Shown in pieces: positions 1-11,811 of a stretch of DNA of 64,000 bases. The translations under genes were made by a program, and so were the position numbers. Each line of letters begins with the position of its first letter. Position 1 is the stretch's first letter. A model generated the notes under the pieces. The model saw only the letters and a list, made by a program, of their open reading frames with translations. It had not been told where the DNA came from and made no database searches. The DNA is from Anaeramoeba ignava BMAN (Eukaryota; Protista; Anaeramoebae). The stretch spans positions 124,001 to 188,000 of the forward strand of contig JAPDFW010000102.1 of the NCBI GenBank assembly GCA_028826165.1, read 5' to 3'.

Positions 1-19
1 AAAATTGTCCACTTTCAAA

Positions 20-960
20 TATAAATTAAATTTAATTCAAATTAATTCAATTCAATTTAATATTCAATTTAATATTCAATTTAATATTTAATATTTAATT
101 CAATTCAATATTTAATATCCAATTCAATATTTAATATCCAATTCAATATTTAATTTAATATTCAATATTTAATATTCAATTCAATATTTAATATTCAATT
201 CAATATTTAATTCAATATTCAATTCAATTCAATATTCAATTCAATTCAATATTCAATATTTAATTCAATTTAATTCAATATTTAATTCAATTTAATATTC
301 AATATTCAATATTCAATATTCAATTCAATTTAATATTTAATATTCAATATTTAATTCAATTCAATATTTAATTTAATATTTAATTCAATATTTAATTCAA
401 TTCAATATTTAATATTTAATTCAATATTTAATTCAATTTAATATTTATTCAATATTTAATTCAATATTTAATTTAATATTCAATTCAATTCAATATTCAA
501 TATTTAATTCAATATTTAATTCAATATTCAATTCAATATTTAATTTAATATTCAATTCAATATTCAATTCAATATTTAATTTAATATTCAATTCAATTCA
601 ATATTCAATATTTAATTCAATATTTAATTCAATTTAATATTTAATATTTAATTCAATTTAATATTCAATATTCAATTTAATATTCAATATTCAATTTAAT
701 ATTCAATATTCAATTTAATATTCAATATTCAATTTAATATTCAATTCAATATTTAATTCAATATTCAATTCAATTCAATTCAATATTCAATTTAATTCAA
801 TATTCAATTCAATATTCAATATTCAATTTAATATTTAATATTCAATTCAATATTTAATTCAATATTCAATTTAATATTTAATTCAATATTTAATTCAATT
901 TAATTCAATATTCAATTCAATTTAATATTTAATTTAATTCAATTGAATATTCAATTTAAT
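20..960. repeat. Intronic ATATTCAATT/TTCAA-type degenerate simple-repeat array
   Basis: Nearly G-free tandem variants of aatattc/aattc/aattt. The array ends just before the acceptor AG at 985-986. Confidence 0.9.
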
Positions 961-986
961 ATTTAACATTTTCTTTTAAAAAATAG

Positions 987-3168
987 TTAAAATTATTGAA
1001 GATAAAGATGGTCTAACTAATAACTCAAAAGTTTATGAAATTGTTTCTTTTCGAAAAGACCAAATATTATCAATTCAAATTATTCAATCACCAACAGAAA
1101 ATCAAAACCAAAAACAATTTGAAGTTGAATTAAATCAAAATCAAAATCAAAATCAAAATGAAAATCAAAATAAAAATCAAAATCAAAATCAAAATCGTTA
1201 TCATCGAAATCGAAATTATGGAAGAAGTCGTGGAAGACAATATAATGATCATAAACAAGAAGAAATTGAATCAAATTGGGATATTTGTGTTGAAAGTTTT
1301 GATAAAATGGGGTTAAAAGAAGGATTATCAAGAGGAATTTATGGATATTGGTATGAAGAACCATCAATTATTCAACAAAAAGGAATTCAACCAATTATTG
1401 AAGGACGTGATGTAATTGGACAAGCTCAACCTGGAACAGGAAAAACAACTACATTTGCAATTGGTGTTTTACAAAAAATAGAGAGAAATTATTTGACTCA
1501 AGCTCTTATTCTTGCTCCAACTAGAGAATTAGCTTCTCAAATAGGTCTTGTTGTAGAAGGACTTAGTGAATATATGGATGTGAAAAGTTATGTTTGTATT
1601 GGAGGAACTGATGTTGAAAAAGATAAAGAAATGTTAAGAAAAGGTCAGAATATTATTGTTGGCACTCCTCGAAGAGGTATTTATTATTACTAAATTCCAT
1701 TTAATTTTCTAAATTCCAATTTAATTTTCTAAATTCAAATTCAATTTTCTAAATTCCAATTTAATTTTCTAAATTCAAATTAATTTTCTAAATTCAATTT
1801 AATTTTCTAAATTCAAATTTAATTTAATTTTCTAAATTAAAATAATCAAAAAAGTTATTCATATGATAATTGATGAACATTTAAAAACTGAAAATATCAA
1901 GATGTTAATTATGGATGAAGCAGATGAATTATTAAGTAGAGGATTTAAAGATCAAATTTATCAAATATTTCAAGAATTACCAAAAGATGTACAAGTATTA
2001 CTTTTTAGTGCAACAATTCCACGTTGATGTACTTGAAGTTACCAAAAAATTTATGAGAGATCCAGCAAAAATCCTTGTTAAAAAAGAAGAATTAACTTTA
2101 CAAGGAATTACCCAATTTTATGTTGATGTTAGACAAGCTAATTGGAAATTTGGTACAATTTGTGATCTTTATAAAACTATTTCAGTTACACAATGTTTGA
2201 TATTTTGTAATAAAAAAGAAGATGTTGAAGATATTGCTAAACAAATGTTAGAAAAAGATTTTGTTGTTTATAAAATGGTTTGTGTTTTTTTTTTGTTTAA
2301 TATAAAAAAAAAGAATTTTATAATATAAATATTAATAATAATAATAATATTTTAAATTATTAATTAGAAAAATGATTTTTTTTGAATATTTTCATTTTCA
2401 TTTATATTCCATTTAAAATTGACTTTGATTATTTAATTTATATTCCATTTAAAATTGACTTTGATTATTTAATTGATTTAAAATTGACTTTGATTAATTA
2501 ATTTATTTTTGATTTAAAATTGATTATTTAATTTATTTTTGATTTAAAATTAAAATTGACTTTGATTAATTAATTTATATTCCATTTAAAATTGACTTTG
2601 ATTATTTAATTTATATTTGATTTGAAATTAAAATTGACTATTTAATTGATTTAAAATTGACTTTGATTAATTAATTTATATTCCATTTAAAATTGACTTT
2701 GATTATTTAATTTATTTTTGATTTAAAATTGATTTAAAATTGACTTTGATTATTTAATTTATATTTGATTTAAAATTGAAATTGAAATTGATTAATTAAT
2801 TTTTGATTATTTTATTTAATTTATTTTTGATTTAATATTTGATTATTAAATAGCATGGAGAAACGGAACCAAGAGAAAGAGAACAAATAATAAGAATGTT
2901 TAGAAAAGGAAAGGCAAGAGTTCTTATTACAACAGATTTACTTTCAAGAGGAATTGATGTTGGAGATATACGACTTGTAATTAATTATGACTTACCACAA
3001 AAAAAAGAAAGTTATATTCACAGAATTGGAAGAAGTGGAAGATTTGGAATAAAACCAGTTGCTATTAATTTTGTTACTGAAGAAGATTTTTCAATTTTAA
3101 AAGATATTCAAACATTTTATTCAACTCAAATTGAAGAAATGCCAGGAAATATTGCAGATTATTTATAA
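987..3168 (+). CDS. eIF4A: eIF4A-like DEAD-box RNA helicase with N-terminal LSm14/Scd6-like extension (5'-partial; exons 987-1676, 1855-2277, 2854-3168; +1 frameshift near 2021)
   Basis: Spliced translation gives IESNW..SFDKMGL, Q motif (PSIIQQ), [44 protein letters not shown] and [12 protein letters not shown]. The frame is open from the acceptor AG at 985-986. Introns are 1677-1854 and 2278-2853. Confidence 0.9.
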
Positions 3169-3448
3169 ATTCATCATTTCAATTTCATCTTCTTTTTTTT
3201 TTAACTTCATTTTTCAATTCAAAATTCAAAATTCAAAATTCAAAATTCAAAATTCAAAATTCAAAATTCAAAATTCAAAATTCAAAATTCAAAATTCAAA
3301 ATTGCTTATTTTGCTCATAAAGATTAATTATGATAATTTAATAATCTTTCCAAAATAAGATTTGATTTGATTTAAATTGTTTTAAATTGAATTGATTTTA
3401 TTTTCCAAAAAAAAAATAAATTGATTTTTAATTTTTTAATTTAATTTT

Positions 3449-6400
3449 TTATTTGTAAATTAAATTTTTTGGAGAAATTAAAGAAAGTCTTTGTTTAATT
3501 AATTGATTCATTGTATTCCATTTTTCTTTTGCATTTTGAGGAAGAGTATAATCACTTTGAGTAATAGTTAAAATTAACACATCAGGATCAGGAGCAGGAA
3601 CTAAAAAAATCAAAATTCATTTATAAAATTAAAATAAGATTAAAATTCATTTATAAAATTAAAATCAAAATCAAAATTCATTTATAAAATTAAAATAAGA
3701 TTAAAATTCATTTATAAAATTAAAATCAAAATTAAAATTCATTTATAAAATTAAAATTAAAATTAAAATTCATTTATAAAATTAAAATAAGATTAAAAAA
3801 GTTCTTACTTTGGATTAATTGAGGTTCAGGTAATTTTGATAAGAAATTTGACAAAGAATCAGGAATTTGTAAATGAGGTTGTTTTTCCTTTTTCACAATA
3901 TGAGGTTTTTTTTCTCTTAAAGAAAAAATATCATCTTTTGGACTGGCAAACAAGAAGTTAAATTCTTGTAAAAAAAGATTTCCAAAATCTTCAAAACCAT
4001 TGCATAAAGTAAGTTTTTTTCCAATTTCTAAAGAATCAATTGAATCCATATAGACATTCAAAAAGTCTTGTGCAATTGGAGATGATCCCATAATATGGTA
4101 CCGTTGGATTAGAAGCGGCAAACTACTTGGATCAACATCAGGAAACGAAGAGGAAAATTTTCTTTCAAGATTTCGAATTGATTTCAAATTTCCAAATTGA
4201 TTTTCAAACAAAAAGAATTTTTTCCATATCAAAAGACTTCTGTCTCTTGATAATACTTTCAGGGCGTTCTGAAACACAGAACGGATTTGTCGAGGGTTGT
4301 AATGATGTTCCAGAAAGCTTATGTAGTCTAAAATAAAATCGGGTTCGTTTGAAAATTTATTCATTCCTTGTTCATATATATTTTTTGCAAATTCCACTTC
4401 ATGATTTATTGAGTATTCTAAATTGGCCATTGCGGAATAAACATGGAAAGTGCAATGGGGAGTTTGGTTATATTTAACAAAGCATCTTCTTGCATATTCA
4501 ACGCCTTTTGTTCGGCGAAGAAACTTGATAAATTGAATCAATCCAAGAGGTGATTTTGGACTTGATTTCAATAATTTTTCAAAAATTCCAATTGCTTTTT
4601 CAGTTTCCTTTTCAGATTCCAAGAGTTCTATATAAGAGAAGTAAAGAATCTCGCACTCTGGGTTCATTTCAATACCTCTGCGATGAAGTGCGTGTGTGAT
4701 TTTTGTGTTTGAAATTGTGTTTGCGAATTGTATTGCTTCAATCCACATGCTTGGATAATGAATCAGATATACAAGTGCCAAGTGATAATAATATAATATT
4801 TGTTTTTGGTGATTTTCTTGGAGTTTGTCTTCGAATTTTAATGGATTTGAATGGACTAATTTGATTAATTTTTTCCATAGTTTGATTTGTTGCATTTCTA
4901 TTTCTGTGTTTTTGGGTGGAAGACTAAATGCTTGATTCATATCAATCCCATTCATGCTTGTTATCATTTCTCTGTAAGTATTTCTTGCAAGCATATATTT
5001 TGGTGAGAATTTTTGAGGGTGTTTATCCTTATTCAAAAAAAAAATATTCAATTCAAATTTTTCAATAAATATTTTCATTTCAAAATTTTTTTATCTTAAT
5101 TATTTTTTTTTCAATAATAAATTTACAAAATTATCAAATTTCGTGATAAATTGTGTATATTCTCTCCAAATCATTTCAACTTGTGCCATAGGAACTGTAA
5201 TAGCTCTTTCATAAATTGATTTCAATTGTTCGTTTTTTTTCTTCTCTTTTTCCTTCTTGATTTTCTGTGATTTTATAAAATTAATATATTCAACCCAAAT
5301 CGGGGCTGATCCAATATCAAATTCAATATGATTTAACACAAATTCAAATGCTTGAATAATCATTTTATTCTGAATTTTAGGTTCAACATTTTTTCTTTCA
5401 TATTTCATAGTTGTTTTTTGATTTTCATTTGAATTTTTATCATCCAAATCCAATCCAATTTTTTTTGCATAAAATGAATTACTTAAAACAATATCTTTTT
5501 TTTCAATCACTCGATAAATATACTTTATATAAGTTATATAAAGTTTCCACAATGGAATATATTGGCAAATTAAGAGACATCTTGCAAATAATTCTTCAAC
5601 TTTTTCTAGTCTTTCTTCATATAATTCATGTTCAATCCATTGCAACCAATATTTTCCAGATGTTGGAAATACTTTTACTAATTTTGAATATATATTTTCA
5701 ACTTCTGATACTTTTTGGAATTTTATTTCTTGCATAATTTTAATCCATGCGTTTGTATCGTATTTATCTTTGTTGATTTCCTCTTCAAATTTTTTAATAT
5801 TTTGTGCAAATATTTCATTTAAATTGATGTTATCTTTTTCATTTTTGATTGGTATTTGTTCTTTTTTTGCATCTTGTGTTGTTTTTCTTCTTTTTATTTC
5901 ATTTTCACTTTCATTTTGATTTTGATTTTCATTTTCAATTTCAATTTCATTTTCATTTTCAATTTCATTTTCAATTTCATTTTCATTTTCAATTTCATTT
6001 TCAATTTCATTTTCATTTTCAATTTCATTCTGATTTTGATTTTGATTTTGATTTTGATTTTGATTTTGATTTTGATTTTGATTTTGATTTTGATTTTGAT
6101 TTTGATTTTGATTTTGATTTTGATTTTGATTTTGATTTTGATTTTGATTTTTAATTTCATTTTCATTTTCATTTTCATTTTCATTTTCATTTTCATTTTC
6201 ATTTTGATTTTTAATTTCAATTTCATTTTGATTTTCATTTTTAATTTCATTTTGATTTTTAATTTCATTTTCATTTTTATTTTGATTTTCATTTTTAATT
6301 TCATTTTCATTTTTAATTTCATTTTTAATTTCATTTTTAATTTCAATTTCATTTTCACTTTCATTTTTAATTTCAATTTCATTTTTATTTTGATTTTGAT

Positions 6401-7319
6401 TTTCATTTTCATTTTCATTTTGATTTTCATTTTTAATTTCAATTTGATTTTGATTTTGATTTTCACTTTCACTTTCACTTTCATTTTCACTTTCATTTTC
6501 ACTTTCATATTCATTTTTGATAAAATTGTCGATTTCATCTTCTAGATTTTTAATTTCATTTTCATTTTCATTTTCATTTTTAATTTTAATTTCATTTTGA
6601 TTTTGATTTTGATTTTGATTTTGATTTTGATTTTGATTTTGATTTTGATTTTGATTTTGATTTTTAATTTCATTTTCATTTTCATTTTTAATTTCATTTT
6701 CATTTTCATTTTCATTTTCATTTTCATTTTCATTTTCATTTTCATTTTCATTTTCATTTTCATTTTCATTTTGATTTTCATTTTGATTTTCATTTTGATT
6801 TTCATTTTCATTTTCATTTTCATTTTCATTTTCATTTTCATTTTCATTTTCATTTTCATTTTCATTTCCATTTTCATTTTCATTTTCACTTTCATATTGA
6901 TTTTCATTTTGATTTTCATTTTGATTTTCATTTTGATTTTCATTTTCATTTTCATTTTCATTTTCATTTTCATTTTCATTTTCATTTTCATTTTCATTTT
7001 CATTTTCATTTTCATTTTCATTTTCATTTTCACTTTCATATTGATTTTCAATTTCATTTTCATTTTCATTTTCATTTTCATTTTCATTTTCATTTTCATT
7101 TTCATTTTCATTTTCATTTTCATTTTCATTTTCATTTTGATTTTCACTTTCATTTTCATTTTTAATTTCATTTTCATTTTCATTATGTTTCTGTTTTTGT
7201 TTTTCTTTATTTTTATGTTTGTGACTTTTTTTTGAATGTTTTTTTGTTTTTCTTCGTTTTATTTTTTGTTTCTCTTTTTTATGTTTTTCTTTTTTATGTT
7301 TTCCTTTTTTATTTTGCAT
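3449..7319 (-). CDS. CSTF3: Cleavage stimulation factor 77 kDa / Rna14 (HAT/Suf repeat) with ~430-aa EN/QN N-terminal tract (exons 7319-5127, 5027-3809, 3600-3449)
   Basis: Motifs YDTNAW, FPTSGKYWLQWIEHE, VEELFARCL, IPLWKLYITY, YERAITVPM, HYPSMW, FIKFLRRTKGVEYARRCF and AKNIYEQGM match Suf/Rna14 HAT repeats. In-frame GT-AG introns at 5126-5028 and 3808-3601. Confidence 0.9.
5900..7185 (-). repeat. Coding (GAAAAT/CAAAAT)n microsatellite encoding EN/QN tract in CstF-77
   Basis: Hexamer array in frame with the 739-aa ORF. Confidence 0.9.
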
Positions 7320-7395
7320 TTTAAATAATAAGAAAAAAAGAAGAAAAGAAAAGAAAAAAATGAAATTTGAAAAAAGAAAAAAAAAATTTTTTTAT

Positions 7396-7977
7396 TTAAA
7401 ATTTATTTTTGATTTTGATTTTGATTTTGATTTTGTTTTTGATTTTGATTTTGTTTTTGATTTTGATTTTGATTTTGATTTTGATTTTGATTTTGATTTT
7501 GATTTTGATTTTGATTTTGATTTTGATTTTTAAATGTTCTTGAATTGCTAAATTTGGATTTGTTAAAAATTTTTCATTTTCTATAAATTGTTTAAATTGT
7601 TCTTTTTCAATCTTTGCAATATCTTTTTTATTTAATTTAATGTTAGAAACCTTTTTATTAAAATTTCGTTTTTCATTTTTATTTTCAATTTCAAGATTTT
7701 TTGGAGAATAAATTTCAACTTCAATTTCATTTTCATTTTTATTTTTATTTTGATTTTTATTTAGTTTTTGATTTTTTTGAATATTTTCTTTTGCTTTTTT
7801 TTTTTCTGCGAGATTTTTTAATAGAATTTGTTTCTTTGAGGTTCTTTTTAATTTTTTAGTCCATCCTGTTTTAGGAGATTTAACTTTTTGAATTGATTCT
7901 TTTTTCTTTTTTTGAAGATTTTTAAATTTTTCATTTAATCTTTGTCTTGGATTTTTTTTATTTTTTTTTTGATTCAT
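7396..7977 (-). CDS. SLX9: Ribosome biogenesis factor SLX9/FAM207A-like
   Basis: Lys-rich protein from ATG 7977. C-terminal EKEQFKQFIENEKFLTNPNLAIQEHL matches the SLX9 terminal motif (F..NP..AI..HL). The KIKI tail is probably a shifted NQ repeat, so the true stop is uncertain. Confidence 0.7.
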   Translation of the reverse strand: MNQKKNKKNPRQRLNEKFKNLQKKKKESIQKVKSPKTGWTKKLKRTSKKQILLKNLAEKKKAKENIQKNQKLNKNQNKNKNENEIEVEIYSPKNLEIENKNEKRNFNKKVSNIKLNKKDIAKIEKEQFKQFIENEKFLTNPNLAIQEHLKIKIKIKIKIKIKIKIKIKIKIKIKNKIKIKNKIKIKIKIKNKF

Positions 7978-8294
7978 TTTAGAAAGAAAAAAATGAAAAT
8001 TAAAAATGGAAAAAAAATAATAAAAAAAAGTGGAATAAAATAATAAAAAAAAGTGGAATAAAGATAAAATCGAAAATGTCAAATTAAAGATAATTTTTTG
8101 TTTATTTTTTTTTTTGAAATCATTTTTGGAGATTTTTATTTTTAGAAAAAAAGAAAAACAATTTGTCAAAATTCAAACAATCAACTTATTGATTTTGTCA
8201 AAAGAAAAAAAGAAAGAAAAAAAGAAAGAGAAAGAAAGAAAAAGATAAAATAATATTTTTCTTTTTTGAATTAAATCAACTCAAAAAAAAAATA

Positions 8295-11200
8295 TCATTT
8301 CCTTCTTGAATGATTAGAATGATGCCTTGAACGAGAATGAGAATGTGAATGTGAATGAGAATGTGAATGATGTGAATGAGGGCTGCTATGATGATGAGAA
8401 GATTTAGGAGAACTTCTATGAGAGTTATGAGAGTCATGATGATGATAATGATTTGATTTTGATTTTTTTCCATGATCTGAATTAGAACTTGATCTTGAAC
8501 GAGAATCACTTTCAGAATCGCTATGACTATTACTATTGCCTCTACTAACACTTTCAGAATCACTTTTACTTTGACTTTGATTTCCTTTATGACTATAACT
8601 TTTTTCATGTTTTTGACTTTCTTGATTAAGTTTTGATTGAGGCTTTGGTTTTGGTCTTGGAAATCTTCCTTGAGTTGGTTTTCGGTTTTGTTGAGTTGAA
8701 TAAGTTCTTGGTCGACTTGTTGTATTTGGCTTTATATTTGAATCTGGATCACTGTTTGTGTTTGTTTGATGTCTTGAATGCGGTGCTCTATCTTCGTATC
8801 CATCTTTATCTTGTGAATGATGATACTTTTTATCTGATAATAATTTCGGTTTTTTTTCCATTGGATGTTCTTCTAAATAAATTTCTTTTAGTTCATCATC
8901 TGAAAGTGTTATTAAATTCACCCATTCACTTGAATCCATTTTTGGGATTGTTCGAAGTAATTCGTTGTGTTCTTTTGTGTATTCTATAAAGAATCCTGTT
9001 AATGTACTCATAAACTTGAAATTATTTTGAAATTATTAAAACATTTTGAATTATTTGAAATTATTTGAATTAATTGAAATTATTTAATTTGAAATTATTT
9101 TGAAATTATTAAATTAATTGAAATTATGAAATTATTTGAAATTATTAAATTAATATGAAAATATTTTGAATTATTTAATTGAAATTATTTTGAAATTATT
9201 TTGAAATTATTTGAAATTATTTGAAATTATTTGAAATTATTTTGAAATTATTTTGAAATTATTTTGAAATTATATTGAAATTAATTATATTGAAATTATT
9301 TTGAAATTATTTAATTGAAATTATTTTGAAATTATTAAATTAATTAGGTTTTTACAACAGAAACTGGTGCATCGATTCCTTTAAATTTTTGACTATTTAA
9401 AGCTTCAAGTCCAATAATAGCATCATAATTAAGAGATTCATAAACACTTTGGACATCTTTAAGTTCTCTTTCAGCCTTAAATTTTTCAATAATAGAAATC
9501 AATTTAAAAATAAATTTAAAAATCATGTTAAAATAAATTTAAATATCATGTTAGAAATCAATTTAAATATCATGTTAAAAATAAATTTAAATATCAATTT
9601 AAATATCAATTTAAATATCATGTTAGAAATCAATTTAAATATTAATTTAAATATCAATTTAAATATCATGTTAGAAATTAATTTAAATATAAATTTAAAA
9701 ATTAATTTAAATATCAATTTAAATATCAATTTAAATATCAATTTAAATATCATGTTAGAAATTAATTTAAATATCAATTTAAATATCAATTTAAATATCA
9801 ATTTTAAATATCGTGTTAGAAATTAATTTAAATTTTATTTAAATATCTTGGAAATTTTTAAAAAGAGGAATTAATTTCATTAATTTTTAACTAAATATCA
9901 TGTTAGAAATTAATTTAAATATCATGTTAGAAATTAATTCAAAATCACCAACAGCTTTTTGACGTGCTTGAATTTTATCTTTCCATAAAGGAAAAAGACC
10001 AACATTTGTTCCAGCTGGTTCAAGTGCTAGATTTGCAATTCTATCTTCCTTTTTATTGTCAAAATTTTTTTTCCTTTCAATTAATTTTTTTTGATTTTTT
10101 TTTTCAATTAAAATTTTACAAAAATTTTTAATGTTTCTTGATGTGCTTTATTTTGAATGTTTGCAAATTTAATTGTTGAACCTCTAAAACCTGTTTTAGT
10201 TCCTTCATAAAAACCAAGAAGAGCTGAAGAAAGTTTAGTGCTTTCTTCACTAAAAAAATTAATTAATTGATTAATTGATTAATTGAAAAATTTCTTAAGT
10301 GTTTTTTTTGTTTTCAAATTTGACAACTATTTTGATTTTTAATTTTACATAAAAGTTCGTAAAGCATCTCTTGTTTTAACCATTGATGTATAAAGAGATG
10401 TATAATCTTTTTCAAATTTGAGAAATTTCTTTGAAATTTACAATTAATTTAAAATTAAAATTGATATAAAATTGATTTAAATTTGAATTAAAATTGATAT
10501 AAAATTGATATAAAATTGATTTAAAATTGATTTAAAATTGATTTAAAATTGATTTAAAATTGATTTAAAATTGATTTAAAATTGATTTAAAATTGATATA
10601 AAATTGATATAAAATTGATTTAAAATTGATATAAAATTGATATAAAATTGATATAAAATTGATTTAAAATTGATTTAAAATTGATTTAAAATTGTTATAA
10701 AATTAATTAAAATTGATTTAAAATTGATTTAAAATTGATTTAAAATTGATTTAAAATTGATATAAAATTGATTTAAAATTGATTTAAAATTGATATAAAA
10801 TTGATTTAAAATTAATATAAAATTGATATAAAATTGATATAAAATTGATATAAAATTGATTTAAAATTGATTTAAAATTGATATAAAATTAATTTAAAAT
10901 TGATTTAAAATTGATTTAAAATTGTTATAAAATTAATATAAAATTGATTTAAAATTGATTTAAAATTGTTATAAAATTGTTATAAAATTGATTTAAAATT
11001 GATTTAAAATTGATTTAAAATTGATTTAAAATTGATTTAAAATTGATTTAAATTTGATATAAAATTGTTATAAAATTGATATAAAATTGATTTAAAATTG
11101 ATATAAAATTGATTTAAAATTGATTTAAAATTAATATAAAATTGAATTAAAATTGTTTTAAAATTGATTTAAAATTGATTTAAAATTGAAATAAAATTGA

Positions 11201-11583
11201 TTTAAAATTGATATAAAATTGATATAAAATTGATATAAAATTGATTTAAAATTGATTTAAAATTGATTTAAAATTGATATAAAATTGATTTAAAATTGAT
11301 TTAAATTTGATTTAAAATTGATTTAATATTGATTTAAAATTGATATAAAATTGATATAAAATTGATATAAAATTGATTTAAAATTGAAAATTAAAAAATT
11401 TACTTGATGAGCCTCTTCAAATCGAGGATCAACAGTTCTATCCATATTTGTAAACTTTTGTCGAATCTAAATTTAAATTTAAATATTTTTATTTTAATTA
11501 AATTTTTTATTAAAATTTTTTATTAAAAAAAAAACCTTTTGTCCTCCTCTTTTAAATTTATCTTTAAATGCTTGCCAACTCAT
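8295..11583 (-). CDS. N-BAR domain protein (amphiphysin/Rvs161-167/Bin3-like) with Ser/His-rich tail; exons 11583-11536, 11466-11404, 10428-10349, 10249-10120, 10048-~9949, ~9475-9356, 9014-8295
   Basis: MSWQAFKDKFKRGGQK|IRQKFTNMDRTVDPRFEEAHQ|KFLKFEKD resembles the Rvs-type N-terminus. AERELKDVQSVYESLN resembles BAR helix 3. One junction (~9948-9476) cannot be resolved. Confidence 0.8.
10445..11395. repeat. Intronic 11-nt tandem array (AAAATTGATTT/AAAATTGATAT)
   Basis: Fills the 975-nt intron 11403-10429 of the BAR gene. Confidence 0.95.
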
Positions 11584-11811
11584 TTGTTTTTAAAAAAGAA
11601 ATAAAATAAGATAATAATTTAGAAAAAAAAAATTGAAAATAAAAAATAGAAAATAAAAGAAAAAAATGAAAAAAATGAAAAAAAAAATTTTAATTTTAAT
11701 TTTTTTTTCATTTTTTTTTTCAATTTTTAAAAACAAAAACAAAAACAAAATTAAAAACAAAATTAAAAACAAAATTAAAAACAAAAACAAAAACAAAATT
11801 AAAAACAAAAA

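Noticed and set aside
5849-7235. Long ORFs of KMKM/KIKI/ILIL/FIFI/FDFD (also 13871-14278, 15928-17905, 27219-27657, 41129-41371, 48860-49331, 51313-51634, 58907-59107, 63116-63882)
   Set aside because: These are alternative-frame or antisense readings of microsatellites that happen to lack stops. They carry no domain content.
8070-8205. Three TGTCAA words (TALE-type TGACA core) upstream of SLX9, and one at ~28127 near the homeobox gene
   Set aside because: A short motif with too few instances to distinguish from chance without genome-wide statistics.
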